The translations under genes and the position numbers were made by a program. Below, one piece after another: positions 1-10,163 of a stretch of DNA of 52,899 nt; position 1 is the first letter of the stretch; every line of letters starts with the position of its first letter. This DNA is from Candidatus Methylomirabilota bacterium. Lineage in GTDB: Bacteria > Methylomirabilota > Methylomirabilia > Rokubacteriales > CSP1-6. The stretch is taken from assembly GCA_046726415.1 (NCBI GenBank), contig JBKPAK010000245.1, positions 1 to 52,899 on the forward strand, read 5' to 3'. The notes beneath the pieces were generated by a model. It saw only the letters and a program-made list of their open reading frames with translations, did no database searches and was not told where the DNA came from.

Positions 1-1437
1 GGCGGTGAACGTCGTCCCCTGACCCTCCCGGCTTTCGACCTTCAGGTCGCCCCCGTGCGCCTTGACGATGTCGCGACAAATGGCCAGGCCCAGGCCGGTG
101 CCTCGCCCGGCCGGCTTCGTCGTGAAGAAGGGCTCGAAGACGCGCGGGAGCAGCTCGGCCGGAATGCCCAGCCCACTGTCGCGGACCGACACGGCCACGC
201 CCGCCCGATCGTGGAGATGCGCGTGCCGCGCGCTCACTTCCACCTCTCCACCCGCCGGGGTGGCGTCGACCGCGTTGAGCACCAAGTTGATCAGCACCTG
301 TTGAAGCTGGCCCGCATCAGCCGACATCGGCGGCAGGTCGTCGGGGACGTGAGTCTGCAAGGTCACCCGGCGGCGCCGGGCGGGGTGGCGGAGCAAGGGA
401 AGCGCCCGATCGAGAACCTCCTCCAGGGACATCACCCGGATCTCGGGGCCATGGGGACGGACCGAGTCGAGCAGCGAGCGGATGATGCCGGAGATCCGGT
501 CGATCTGGGCCACGATGATCTCGAGATCCTTGCGAGCGCTGGCGCCGAGTTCCACGGTCTTCAGGACGAACTCGGCACGCCCCGAGATGATGTTGAGTGG
601 CGTCCCAACTTCGTGGGCGATCGCAGAGGCCAGCTTGCCCGCCACCGCGAGGGTCTCCGCGTGACGGAGCTGCTGCTCCAGCTCCAGTGTGCGCTCCGAC
701 TCTTCCAGCAAACGCAGCCGCGCGCGCTCGAGCTGGGCGGCCATCTCGTTGAACGCCTGCGCGACCTCTCCGAGCTCGTCGCGCCGGGTGACCGGAAGCG
801 GCGGACCCGACTCACCGCGTCCCAGCCGTCGGATGCCTGTCAGAAGCAACGACAGCGGACGGAGGACCTGTCGTTGCAGGGCCACCGCACTGATGAGCAG
901 AATCACCACGAGCAGGATCGCGGCGCGGAGCCACACGTCGTTGGCCGCCGCGCGAATCCGCGCCTCGACCGCTTCGGGAACGTGCAGGATCTCCATGGCA
1001 CCCTCGATAGCCCCTTGGCGCCCGCGAAGCGGCGTGACGTACGTGAGCACGAGCCGCGTGCCGACGCGCTCGTACTGGGCGACGGGCTCGCCGCTTTCCA
1101 CCGCGCGCCGGAGCAGTTCGGTGGCCGGGGCGGCGTCGGCGGTCTCGGGCTCGGACGAGAGCGTGGGGGCCAGGGCGCGGTTGAAGAGCCGGATTCGCTC
1201 GATCTCCTGCTGCTGCTCGACCATCTCGGCCAGCAGCCGCTTCACGTCGCTGATCTGCCGGTCGCGCAGCGCATTCTCCACGGCGATCTGGATGGCGCGC
1301 GCCGCCAATGCCATGTTCTGCTCGTCATCCTCGAGGAGCTGGGCCTCCTCCTGGCGCACGCGCAGGAACCCATGAGCCGCCAGCACGACGACGGCGGGAA
1401 GAATGACGATCAGGATCAGGCGCAGCCTCAGGCCCAT
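1..1437 (-). CDS. Membrane sensor histidine kinase (2 TM, HAMP, HisKA, HATPase_c); 3' end runs off the window
   Basis: Absent from the ORF track because it has no stop in the window. Manual translation from ATG 1437 (GAGGG RBS) gives MGLRLRLILIVILPAVVVLAAHG, H-box LASAIAHEVGTPLNIISG, N-box QQVLINLVLNAVDA and FEPFFTTKPAGRGTGLGL. Confidence 0.92.
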   Translation of the reverse strand, partial: MGLRLRLILIVILPAVVVLAAHGFLRVRQEEAQLLEDDEQNMALAARAIQIAVENALRDRQISDVKRLLAEMVEQQQEIERIRLFNRALAPTLSSEPETADAAPATELLRRAVESGEPVAQYERVGTRLVLTYVTPLRGRQGAIEGAMEILHVPEAVEARIRAAANDVWLRAAILLVVILLISAVALQRQVLRPLSLLLTGIRRLGRGESGPPLPVTRRDELGEVAQAFNEMAAQLERARLRLLEESERTLELEQQLRHAETLAVAGKLASAIAHEVGTPLNIISGRAEFVLKTVELGASARKDLEIIVAQIDRISGIIRSLLDSVRPHGPEIRVMSLEEVLDRALPLLRHPARRRRVTLQTHVPDDLPPMSADAGQLQQVLINLVLNAVDATPAGGEVEVSARHAHLHDRAGVAVSVRDSGLGIPAELLPRVFEPFFTTKPAGRGTGLGLAICRDIVKAHGGDLKVESREGQGTTFTA

Positions 1438-1504
1438 CGCCCCTCGACTATGCCATGCTCCCCTCGCCAGCGCCCCAGCAAGGCACACGAGCCGAAGCAG
1501 TCGT

Positions 1505-1776
1505 GCCGCCGCAGTCGACGCGCACCGGCCCGCGTGATCCCGGTGGGACCCTCGTCGGCCCCCGCCTTGGAAAGGAGGCCCTCGGCGGCCGCCGCCCTGG
1601 AGTGCCGCCTGTCCGAGCGGCGGCACGGCCGCCGCAACCGAAGAGCCCCGGCCCCGCGCGATCCCGGTGGGGCAATCGGCGACCGCCGCCTTGCCCGTGC
1701 CGTCCGTTCGAGCGGCGGCACGGCCGCCGCAATCGAAGAGCCCCGACCCCGCGCGATCCCGGTGGGGGGCAATCGG
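1505..1776. repeat. Degenerate ~95-bp intergenic tandem repeat (two near-full copies plus one decayed partial)
   Basis: cgagcggcggcacggccgccgcaa(c/t)cgaagagccccg(g/a)ccccgcgcgatcccggtgggg occurs at 1614 and 1709 (period 95). A decayed copy lies at 1505-1547. Each full copy holds the hairpin GCGGCGGC-ACG-GCCGCCGC. Confidence 0.85.
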
Positions 1777-1801
1777 GGGGAGCGGCGTCGCTCCCCCCGA
1801 T
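1772..1801. repeat. Perfect 13-bp stem hairpin (REP-like or terminator/stabiliser) just after the CmpX-like gene stop
   Basis: ATCGGGGGGAGCG-GCGT-CGCTCCCCCCGAT; no U-tract. Confidence 0.7.
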
Positions 1802-1803
1802 CT

Positions 1804-2511
1804 TCACAGATGCGACAAGGTTTCCTGGGGCGGTGCCTCGCGTTCGCGCCGGAAGCGGCTCTCCAGAATGCGGTGAGCGAGGGTGCGACCTCCGATTCCA
1901 AAGGCGAGGGCCAGGGCCAGGACGAGCCCGCCGAACGTGATCCCGAACGCGATCAAAACCATGTCCCGGCCGATGCCGACCTCGGTGAGGGCCGTGGCCA
2001 CCGTGAAGAGCAGTACCCCCCAGCGCGTGGTGCGCGCCATCAATCGCGCCTCCGGCACGCCGGCGTTGACGGCGGCCACCAGGACCGCGTGGCCGAGGAA
2101 ATTCGCCGTCAGCATGCCGACCACGAGGATGAGCACCGCCGCCAGGCCTCGGGTGAAGAGTCCCATGAGCAGGCCGGTCGCCCCGGGCATGCCCGGAAGG
2201 GCCATCGACTCGATCCCCATCGTGGCGAAGATCACGAACGTGCCCCAGAAGACCACCAGCCGAAGCACCTGCGAGGGCGGGCGGGCGATGCCGCCGCGCC
2301 CCAGCGCCGCCGTCAGCCCCCAGGCTCGGCTTCGCTCATCCAGGCGTGCGGCCTTCGCGATACGTGCGATGACATTGCCTGCCACCCAGCCCAGCACCAG
2401 GCCGAGGCCCAGGAGCGTCAGCATGGCCAGGACACGAGGAATCACGGCGGCCAGAGTGAAGCCGAGATCGCGCAGGGCGGTCACCACCAGGTCGCGCGAG
2501 AACTCCGTCAT
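1804..2511 (-). CDS. CmpX-like / MscS-associated TM-helix-repeat membrane protein
   Basis: Repeated hydrophobic helices and a C-terminal FGITFGGLVLALALAFGIGGR motif typical of CmpX-type proteins. Confidence 0.75.
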   Translation of the reverse strand: MTEFSRDLVVTALRDLGFTLAAVIPRVLAMLTLLGLGLVLGWVAGNVIARIAKAARLDERSRAWGLTAALGRGGIARPPSQVLRLVVFWGTFVIFATMGIESMALPGMPGATGLLMGLFTRGLAAVLILVVGMLTANFLGHAVLVAAVNAGVPEARLMARTTRWGVLLFTVATALTEVGIGRDMVLIAFGITFGGLVLALALAFGIGGRTLAHRILESRFRREREAPPQETLSHL

Positions 2512-2521
2512 GAGCGCGCGC

Positions 2522-2950
2522 CTACCTGCTCACCGACGACGGGATGATTCGTCGAAGATCTGCCCGCGCGGCCTCTCCCACCGCTTCCAAGAAGGCCCGG
2601 AGCTGGAAGGGCTTCTCGAGGTAGCGATAGGCGCCAAGCCGCAGCGCCTCCTCGGCGATGCGGGCGCCCCCGAACGCGGTAATGAGAATGACGGGCGTCT
2701 GCGGGCTCAGCTTCCGGAAGGCGGGCAGCACTTCGAAACCGCCGGGCTCGGACATCTCCTTGTCGAGAATGACCACGTCGAAGTTGGGCGTGCGGGCCGC
2801 TACGAGGAGGCGTTCGCCGCTCGGCTCCTCGAGCACCCGGTATCCCTCGCGCTCGAGCCAATCCCGCAGCAGGGCGCGCATGGCCGGGTCATCGTCGACC
2901 ACAAGCACGGTGGGAACGCGTCCGCCGGAGTCGCTTGCGCCGTTGCTCAT
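2522..2950 (-). CDS. Single-domain response regulator (receiver only)
   Basis: VLVVDDD, VVILD (phosphoacceptor), ILITAFG and YLEKPF. Start placed at ATG 2950, just downstream of a sigma54 motif. Confidence 0.88.
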   Translation of the reverse strand: MSNGASDSGGRVPTVLVVDDDPAMRALLRDWLEREGYRVLEEPSGERLLVAARTPNFDVVILDKEMSEPGGFEVLPAFRKLSPQTPVILITAFGGARIAEEALRLGAYRYLEKPFQLRAFLEAVGEAARADLRRIIPSSVSR

Positions 2951-2964
2951 TCCACCCCAGGTGG

Positions 2965-2980
2965 GCAAGAGCAGTGCCAG
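2965..2980 (-). promoter_or_regulatory. sigma54 (RpoN) -24/-12 promoter
   Basis: Minus strand CTGGCACTGCTCTTGC matches TGGCAC-N5-TTGC exactly, in the intergenic gap before the receiver gene. Confidence 0.75.
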
Positions 2981-3041
2981 ACCTAGAGAAGTGGATTTAT
3001 GGTCGCCAAAGGACCCATCGCGGAGCCGGCGAACGACAGGA

Positions 3042-3057
3042 TGTCGCCCAAGCGACA
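3042..3057. promoter_or_regulatory. Putative enhancer (UAS) for a sigma54 activator
   Basis: Perfect palindrome TGTCGC-CCAA-GCGACA (TGT-N10-ACA), about 90-105 bp upstream of the predicted start site. Confidence 0.55.
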
Positions 3058-3089
3058 CCGTGACGGTTGCGGTACCTCATAGGTCACGC

Positions 3090-5240
3090 CTACTGCCCCA
3101 GGGGCCGGCGTATCCCTTCCCATCGCATGATGAAGACCGCCACGGAACGCCCTTCCAGCCCGTACGCCTCTCCGCCCTTGAAGAGCCGCTGCCGCCTCCC
3201 CATCTCGGCCATGCGCGTGTCCAGCACCGGCTCCCACCGTACGCCGCGCCGGTGCGCTGGCAGCATGAAGTCAATGGGCTCGTGGTGGCCGTTGAGCAGG
3301 ATGACGAACGTGTCGTCCACGACGGGTTCTCCGCGCGCATTCATCTCGTCGAGGGCGTCGCCAGAGATGCGCAGGCCCAGGCAGCGCGTCAGCGGATTCT
3401 GCCAGTCTTCCTCGCTCATCTCGCGGCCGTCCGGCCGGAGCCAGGTCAGGTCTTTGACCTCCGAGCCGCGGATGCGGCGCCCGTAGAAGAACTGCCGCCG
3501 GCGCAGGACGGGATGAGCGCGCCGCAGGGCGATGACGTATCGGGTGAAGCCCAGCAGCTCGCGCCGCGTCCGATCGAGATTCCAGTCGAACCAGCTGATC
3601 TCGTTGTCCTGGCAGTACGCGTTGTTGTTGCCCCCCTGCGTGCGGCCGATCTCGTCGCCCCCACACAGCATCGGCACGCCTTGCGACGTGAAGAGCATGG
3701 CCAGGAAGCTCCGCTTGCGCCTTTCGCGCAACGCGATGATGTCCGGATCGTCGGTCGGGCCCTCGACCCCGCTGTTCCAGCTGAGGTTGTTGTCCGTCCC
3801 GTCGCGGTTATCCTCGCCGTTGGCTTCGTTGTGCTTGACGTTGTAACTGACGAGATCGTGCAGGGTGAAGCCGTCGTGGGCGGTGATGAAGTTGATACTG
3901 GCGAAGGGCCGCCGCCCACCGGGGCCGTAGAGATCACTGGAACCGGTCAGCCGATAACCCAGGGCCGAGGCCTGCCCTTCATCGCCCCGGCCAAAGCGCC
4001 GGATCGTGTCGCGGTACTGATCGTTCCACTCCGCCCACAGGACGGGGAAGTTGCCCACCTGATAGCCGCCCTCGCCGAGATCCCACGGTTCGGCGATGAG
4101 CTTGACCTGGGAGAGCACCGGGTCCTGATGGATGACGTCGAAGAAGGCTCCCAACCGGTCCACGTCGTGCAGCTCGCGAGCGAGGGCGGCCGCCAGGTCG
4201 AAGCGGAAGCCGTCGACGTGCATGTCCAGAACCCAGTACCGCAGGCTGTCCATGATGAGCTGGAGCGCGCGGGGGTGGGTCAGGTTGAGGGTGTTGCCGC
4301 AGCCGGTGTAGTCCAGGTAATAGCGGGAATCCTCGGAGATCAACCGGTAGTAGTTCGCGTTGTCGATTCCCCGAAAGGCGAGGGTGGGACCGAGGTGATT
4401 GCCCTCCCCGGTGTGGTTGTAGACGACATCGAGGATGACCTCGATTCCGGCGTCGTGCAGCGTCTTCACCATCGTCTTGAACTCGTGGACCTGCTGGCCG
4501 AGGCTGCCGTGAGCGTAGCGAACATCCGGCGCGAAAAAGCCGATGGAGTTGTATCCCCAATAGTTCGTGAGGCCGCGATCCACCAGATGTTTGTCGGCCA
4601 CGAAGTAGTGCACGGGAAGTAGCTCGACCGCGGTGATGCCCAGCCCGACGAGGTAGTCGATCACCACCGGGGAGCTGAACCCAGCGTACGTCCCCCGCAA
4701 CGCCCGCGGCACGTCCGGATGACGCACGGTGAATCCCTTGACGTGCACCTCGTAGATGATTGTCTCCTCCCACGGCGTGCGGGGAGGGCAATCGTTGCCC
4801 CAGGTGAAGGCCGGGTCGATGACCACGCATTTGGGCATGCTGGGCCCGCTGTCGCGATCGTCCAGGGCGAGATCGCCGTCGGCGTGACCGAGCGGATAGC
4901 CGAACATCGTGTCGTCCCAGCGTATTGGCCCATCAATGGCCTTCGCGTACGGATCGAGGAGCAGCTTGTGAGGATTGAAGCGATGTCCGTTGGCTGGCTC
5001 GTAGGGGCCGTGGACGCGGTACCCGTAGCGCTGCCCCGGCCGGACCTCGGGCAGATAGATGTGCCAGACCTGATCGGTGCTCTGGGTCACCCGAATGCGT
5101 TCCTCGCCCTGGCCGGCATCCGCGTTCCCGACCAGACACAGCTCTACCGCCGTCGCATGCTCGGAAAAGAGCGCGAAGTTGACGCCGGAGCCATCCCACG
5201 TCGCACCCAGCGGGTAGGAGCGGCCGGGGCGAATTTTCAC
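3090..5240 (-). CDS. glgX: Glycogen debranching enzyme GlgX/TreX (GH13)
   Basis: [38 protein letters not shown] and [12 protein letters not shown] 5240 overlaps the treZ TGA. Confidence 0.96.
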   Translation of the reverse strand: MKIRPGRSYPLGATWDGSGVNFALFSEHATAVELCLVGNADAGQGEERIRVTQSTDQVWHIYLPEVRPGQRYGYRVHGPYEPANGHRFNPHKLLLDPYAKAIDGPIRWDDTMFGYPLGHADGDLALDDRDSGPSMPKCVVIDPAFTWGNDCPPRTPWEETIIYEVHVKGFTVRHPDVPRALRGTYAGFSSPVVIDYLVGLGITAVELLPVHYFVADKHLVDRGLTNYWGYNSIGFFAPDVRYAHGSLGQQVHEFKTMVKTLHDAGIEVILDVVYNHTGEGNHLGPTLAFRGIDNANYYRLISEDSRYYLDYTGCGNTLNLTHPRALQLIMDSLRYWVLDMHVDGFRFDLAAALARELHDVDRLGAFFDVIHQDPVLSQVKLIAEPWDLGEGGYQVGNFPVLWAEWNDQYRDTIRRFGRGDEGQASALGYRLTGSSDLYGPGGRRPFASINFITAHDGFTLHDLVSYNVKHNEANGEDNRDGTDNNLSWNSGVEGPTDDPDIIALRERRKRSFLAMLFTSQGVPMLCGGDEIGRTQGGNNNAYCQDNEISWFDWNLDRTRRELLGFTRYVIALRRAHPVLRRRQFFYGRRIRGSEVKDLTWLRPDGREMSEEDWQNPLTRCLGLRISGDALDEMNARGEPVVDDTFVILLNGHHEPIDFMLPAHRRGVRWEPVLDTRMAEMGRRQRLFKGGEAYGLEGRSVAVFIMRWEGIRRPLGQ

Positions 5241-7072
5241 GCTGGCGGCGAACCGTCGAGATCGTACTCGACGTACCAGGGCGCCAGGCGCCCGAGCGGT
5301 CCCGCCTCCGGACCGGCCGCGCACCGAAACAGGAGGCGGCGCGTCCCGTCCTCCGCTGGTGACACCGAGATCGATTCCGGGCCCAGGTTGGCCAGCAGCC
5401 CAAGAGTCGTGCCGTCCCCCAGCCGCCAGCGCACGGAAAGCCCGGTGTCGCCGAACCGCGCGACCGACGCCTCGCGCACCTCGTCGCCGACCAGCCGCGG
5501 CGCAATCTCTCGCTGCCGCAGGCCCAGCAGCTCCTGGGTCCACTGCCACGTCCGGCGATGGGCGGGGCGCTCCAGGGCGCTCCAGTCCAGGCGTGATCGC
5601 GCCACCGTCTCTTCGGACTGGGGGTCGGGGATGGCCGCGCGGCGAGCCGGGTCCGCGAAGGCCCGAAAGTGGGCGAACTCCGCGCGCCGCCCCGCCACGA
5701 CCCGCCCCGCCAGATCAGCGCCGAAATCGCAGAAGAACAGGAATGGCTCGGCGGCATCCCATTCCTCGCCCATGAAGAGCAGTGGCGGCGCGGGAGCCAG
5801 GAGCATGAGCGCGGTGACCGCGCGCACCGCGGCGGGCGGCGCCAATGCGGTGATCCGCTCGCCAAAAGCGCGGTTGCCGATTTGATCGTGGTTTTGCAAG
5901 AACGACACGAACGCCGTGAGGGGCACCCCGGCCGTCGGTTCGCCCCGAGCCTTTCCCCGGTAGGCCGATCGCTCGCCCTGAAAGGCGAAGCCCTGCGTGA
6001 GGCACCGCGCGAGCGAGCCGACCGGATCCGGATAGTCGACGTAGTAACCGTCCCGCTCGCCGGTGGCGATCACGTGCAGTGCATGGTGGATGTCGTCGTT
6101 CCACTGAGCGGCATAGAGGCGTCGGCCGCCGGCATCCGGGCGTAGATAGCGCGCCTCGTTCCCATCGTTCTCCAGAACGAGATGGATGGCCCGCCGCGAC
6201 CCCGGGCCCTGGTGGACCCGGGCCGCCAGCTCCTCGAGCAGATGCGGCGAGGACGCGTCGCGCAGCGCATGCACGGCATCCAGTCGCAGGCCGTCCAGGC
6301 GGTACTCCTCGAGCCAGAATAGCGCGTTCTCCACGAAGAAGGCGCGCACCGTCGCACTGTCCGCGCCATCGAGGTTGAGCGCCGCGCCCCAGGGTGTCTG
6401 GCGACTCGGGTCGAAGAACGAGGGCGCATAGAGGCCGAGATAGTTTCCCTCGGGGCCAAAGTGGTTGGAAACCACGTCGAGGAACACGGTGAGCCCGCGC
6501 GTGTGGCACGCCTGGACCAGCGCTTTGAGGTCCTCGGGGCGACCGTAGCTGCTGTCCGGCGCAAAGGGCAGCACCCCGTCGTATCCCCAGTTCCATCGAC
6601 CCGGGAAGTCGGCGACGGGCATCAGCTCCACCGCGGTGACGCCAAGGTCGGCCAAGAAGTCGAGCCGGTCCTGGGCCGCGGCGAACGTTCCGTCCGGAGT
6701 GAACGTGCCAACATGCAGCTCGTAGAACACCAGCTCTTCCCACCGGCGGCCTCGCCACCCCGCATCCGCCCACTCGAAGGCTTCAGGGTCGACCACCTCA
6801 CTGGGTCCGTGAACATCCTCGGGCTGGAAGCGCGAGGCGGGATCGGGCACCAGCGCGCGCCCGTCGATGCGATAGCGATAGCGCGACCCGGGTGACGCCG
6901 CGCTCGTCACCAGCCGATGCCAGCCGTCGCCCGTGTTGTGCAGGGAGAGGGGCCGCCCGTCCTGCTCGACCTGGAGGTCCACCTGACGGGCGGCGGGCGC
7001 CCAGAGCTGAAAGCGGACGCCTTCGACCCCCAGCACTTCGGCGCCGAACGGCATGAGGTGTCGCGCGCGCAT
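5237..7072 (-). CDS. treZ: Malto-oligosyltrehalose trehalohydrolase
   Basis: [38 protein letters not shown] and [10 protein letters not shown]. Confidence 0.95.
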   Translation of the reverse strand: MRARHLMPFGAEVLGVEGVRFQLWAPAARQVDLQVEQDGRPLSLHNTGDGWHRLVTSAASPGSRYRYRIDGRALVPDPASRFQPEDVHGPSEVVDPEAFEWADAGWRGRRWEELVFYELHVGTFTPDGTFAAAQDRLDFLADLGVTAVELMPVADFPGRWNWGYDGVLPFAPDSSYGRPEDLKALVQACHTRGLTVFLDVVSNHFGPEGNYLGLYAPSFFDPSRQTPWGAALNLDGADSATVRAFFVENALFWLEEYRLDGLRLDAVHALRDASSPHLLEELAARVHQGPGSRRAIHLVLENDGNEARYLRPDAGGRRLYAAQWNDDIHHALHVIATGERDGYYVDYPDPVGSLARCLTQGFAFQGERSAYRGKARGEPTAGVPLTAFVSFLQNHDQIGNRAFGERITALAPPAAVRAVTALMLLAPAPPLLFMGEEWDAAEPFLFFCDFGADLAGRVVAGRRAEFAHFRAFADPARRAAIPDPQSEETVARSRLDWSALERPAHRRTWQWTQELLGLRQREIAPRLVGDEVREASVARFGDTGLSVRWRLGDGTTLGLLANLGPESISVSPAEDGTRRLLFRCAAGPEAGPLGRLAPWYVEYDLDGSPPA

Positions 7073-7225
7073 GGTCGCGATCAGGCCGGGGGAGGAAGCC
7101 TAGCTGCCTCGCGGGCGTCCTCGGCCTCGCGCCCGACGTGCGGAGAGTATGCTGCCCGGGCGCCCCCCCGTCGCCGCGTCGCATGGGGGTGCGGTTGAGC
7201 CGTCGGTAGAGTCTTCCGCATCGCG

Positions 7226-8911
7226 CTAGAGCGCGCTCGTCTCCAGACCGTAGGGCTCGTCGGCGGAGGCCTGGCGCTCGAGGCGAAACCAGTAGAAGCC
7301 ATGGGGGCCGAGGCTCAGGAAGTACGGATGGTCGCGGACGACGGGGAAGCGCGTCCGGCCGAGGATCTCGACGGGGGTGGCCCCCACGAACTCCCCCAGG
7401 TCGAGCTCCACCGGCTGGGGGGAACCGGCCAGGTTGGCCACGATCAGCACCAGCTCACGCTGGTAGCGGCGGACGTAGGCGATCACCCGCGGGTTGCGCG
7501 GCCGCAGGAATTCGATGCTGCCGCGTCCAAAGGCGGCCGAAGTCCGGCGGGCGGCGATGAGGCGTCGCATGGTGTTCAGGAGCGAGGACGGCGTGCGATC
7601 CTGCGCGGCCACGTTGACAGCCTGATAACCGTACACCGCATCCGCGATGACCGGCAGATACAGGCGATCCTCATCGGCGCTCGAGAACCCGGCAGTGCGC
7701 TCGCGCGACCACTGCATCGGGGTGCGCACGCCGTCGCGGTCGCCCAGGTGGACGTTGTCGCCCATGCCGATCTCGTCCCCGTAGTAGATGATCGGGCTGC
7801 CGGGCAGCGTCAGGAGCAGACAGTTGAGCAGCTCGACCCGCCGGCGGTCGTTGTCCAACAGCGGGGCCAGGCGGCGCCGGATCCCCAGATTGAGCTTGGC
7901 GTCGGGGTCCCGCGCGTACGCGTAGTACATAAACGCGCGCTCCTCGTTGGTCACCATCTCCAGGGTCAGCTCGTCGTGATTGCGCAGGAAGAGTCCCCAC
8001 TGGCAGGACGGCGGAATGGCCGGGGTGTGGGTGAAGATGTCCACGATGGGCAGGCGTTCCTCTAGCCGCAGCGCCATGTAGAGCCGAGGCATGAGCGGGA
8101 AGTGGAAGGCCATGTGGAACTCGTCGCCGTTGCCGAAGTAGTGCCGCACGTCTTCCGGCCACTGGTTCGCCTCGGCGAGTAACACGCGGTCGCCGCCGTA
8201 GTCGCGGTCGATCACGTGCCGGAACTCCTTGAGCACGGCGTGGGTCTCGGGGAGGTTTTCGCAGTTGGTCCCTTCGCGCTCGATCAGGTAGGGCACGGCG
8301 TCGCAGCGGAACCCATCCAGCCCTTGATCGAGCCAGAAGCGCATGACGTTGAGCATGGCCTCGCGGACGGCCGGGTTGTCGTAGTTGAGGTCGGGCTGAT
8401 GGCTGAAGAAGCGATGCCAATAGAACGCCCGCCGCGTCGTATCCCAGGTCCAGTTCGACTTTTCGGTGTCGGTGAAGATGATGCGGGCGTCGCGATAGCG
8501 CTGATCGCTCTCGCTCCATACGTAGTAGTCCGCAAACGCCGACGTCGCCGAGGACCGGGAGGCCTGGAACCAGGGATGTTGATCCGACGTGTGGTTCACC
8601 ACGAGATCCGCGATGACGCGAATGCCTCGCGCGTGGGCCGCGTCGAGCAGCGCACGGAACTCGGCCACCGTGCCGTACGACGGGTGCAAGGCGAAGAAGT
8701 CGGCGATGTCGTAGCCGTCGTCGCGCAGGGGCGACGCGTACATGGGTAGGAGCCACAGACAATTGACCCCCAGGTCCCGCAGGTAGTCGAGGCGCTCGGT
8801 AAGGCCTGGGAAGTCGCCGATGCCGTCGCCGTTACTGTCCATGAACGTCTTGACGTGCACCTCGTAGAAGACCGCGTCCTTGTACCAATCGGGGGTCCGT
8901 ACCAAGCTCAT
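7226..8911 (-). CDS. treS: Trehalose synthase TreS, without a fused maltokinase
   Basis: [51 protein letters not shown] and GIRRRLAPL. Confidence 0.96.
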   Translation of the reverse strand: MSLVRTPDWYKDAVFYEVHVKTFMDSNGDGIGDFPGLTERLDYLRDLGVNCLWLLPMYASPLRDDGYDIADFFALHPSYGTVAEFRALLDAAHARGIRVIADLVVNHTSDQHPWFQASRSSATSAFADYYVWSESDQRYRDARIIFTDTEKSNWTWDTTRRAFYWHRFFSHQPDLNYDNPAVREAMLNVMRFWLDQGLDGFRCDAVPYLIEREGTNCENLPETHAVLKEFRHVIDRDYGGDRVLLAEANQWPEDVRHYFGNGDEFHMAFHFPLMPRLYMALRLEERLPIVDIFTHTPAIPPSCQWGLFLRNHDELTLEMVTNEERAFMYYAYARDPDAKLNLGIRRRLAPLLDNDRRRVELLNCLLLTLPGSPIIYYGDEIGMGDNVHLGDRDGVRTPMQWSRERTAGFSSADEDRLYLPVIADAVYGYQAVNVAAQDRTPSSLLNTMRRLIAARRTSAAFGRGSIEFLRPRNPRVIAYVRRYQRELVLIVANLAGSPQPVELDLGEFVGATPVEILGRTRFPVVRDHPYFLSLGPHGFYWFRLERQASADEPYGLETSAL

Positions 8912-10161
8912 CGCCAGCGATCTCTGAGGTACGGCTTATGGGCCTCGAAGGTAGCGCCCACCCGCTCCAGGAGGGCTCCATCGACCGCGGCGCTCCGAGC
9001 GCGCGTGGACAGGATGAAGGCGGCGGTGCGGCCGAGATAGAGCGGCACCAGCGCCTTCAAGAGATGCTCTCGATGGATGACGCCGTAGTGGTGGCCGAGG
9101 GCCGCATCGTAGATCACGCGCGCCCATACGTCGTCGGGGAAGCGAAACGTCAGCGCGTCGCTGGCGTCCAGTCCCAACACGTCACCCAAGGTCTCCGGGG
9201 CCAGCACCGATTCCCAGATCGGCATCAGATCGCGCACGCCGCGTTGGAAGGCCTCGAGGAGACGGCCGATCTCCACGACCGGGCCCCCATCGAGGGGTTC
9301 CGGAGGGTCGCCGGTGGCGGCCACTGGTTCGCTGCCCCGCACGTCGAGCCATAGCGAGGGGGCGCTCTCCATCAGCGCGAAGACACCTCCCACGGCCTGG
9401 GCCAGCAGGCTGGGCAGGTCCGATGCCCGGGTGGCCGACTCGACCCGGCGGGGCCCGAGCCAGACTTCGGTGATCCCAAACTCCTCGGCGGCCGCGGTCC
9501 CAATGAGCCAGAGGTCGATGGACTCCCGCGGCGCCGGCCAGCGCGGGGCGGCCAGCACGCGCTCGAGGGCGCGCGCCGACAGGGCGGCCGCTCCGACCAG
9601 CGGCTGATGGACGCGGCGCCCAACGAGCGCCCGGGTCAGCGGCGCCAGGAGCAAGTTGGTGATGGTGCCGTCGTAGCGGCGGCGCGCGTGCCCCCCCAGG
9701 ACCAGGTCGGCCTGCCCCTCGAGCACCGGACGCGCTAGGCGCTCGATCCAGTCGTCCGACACCGAGGTGACGTCGGGCTCCAGCAAGAGCAGGACGCGCG
9801 CGCCGGTCTCCCGGGCCGCTCTGAAGGCCAGGCGAAACGCGGCATTGCGCCCAGGGGTGCCGTGAAAGGGTACGGCGGCGCGCTCGCTCACGGGCGCTTC
9901 GTGGCGGAGGCTGACCACGGGCAGGCCGCTCTCCCCGAGGCGCTGCGCAGTCGCGTCTGATGAGCCCGCGTCGACGTTGACGACCACGGCCGGCACGCCC
10001 TGGAAGTGCTTCTCGAGGCCCTCGCGCATCGCGGTGGCGACCGTCCCCACCGTGGCGGCATTCTCGAAGGTCATGATGGCGACGGCGAGTTCACGCGGAG
10101 CCAGCGCCGCGACCTCGCCCTTGAGGTTCGGGGTCAGAAGCTCGGACTCCGCCACGGCCAT
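8908..10161 (-). CDS. Glucosylglycerate/mannosylglycerate-synthase-like GT-A protein with degenerate motifs
   Basis: [32 protein letters not shown] and [10 protein letters not shown] match the family. The DxD position reads EPD. Confidence 0.75.
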   Translation of the reverse strand: MAVAESELLTPNLKGEVAALAPRELAVAIMTFENAATVGTVATAMREGLEKHFQGVPAVVVNVDAGSSDATAQRLGESGLPVVSLRHEAPVSERAAVPFHGTPGRNAAFRLAFRAARETGARVLLLLEPDVTSVSDDWIERLARPVLEGQADLVLGGHARRRYDGTITNLLLAPLTRALVGRRVHQPLVGAAALSARALERVLAAPRWPAPRESIDLWLIGTAAAEEFGITEVWLGPRRVESATRASDLPSLLAQAVGGVFALMESAPSLWLDVRGSEPVAATGDPPEPLDGGPVVEIGRLLEAFQRGVRDLMPIWESVLAPETLGDVLGLDASDALTFRFPDDVWARVIYDAALGHHYGVIHREHLLKALVPLYLGRTAAFILSTRARSAAVDGALLERVGATFEAHKPYLRDRWR

Positions 10162-10163
10162 GA

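Noticed and set aside
55..2547. 830-aa plus-strand ORF and similar long antisense ORFs (2658-4622, 16173-18347, 22175-23962, 36395-38218, 39370-41262, 47567-49735)
   Set aside because: These are shadow frames opposite well-supported genes, expected at high GC, with no recognisable motifs
7081..7221. 46-aa minus-strand ORF bridging treS and treZ
   Set aside because: Arg/Ala/Pro-rich composition, no clear RBS and no motif; it cannot be supported as a gene
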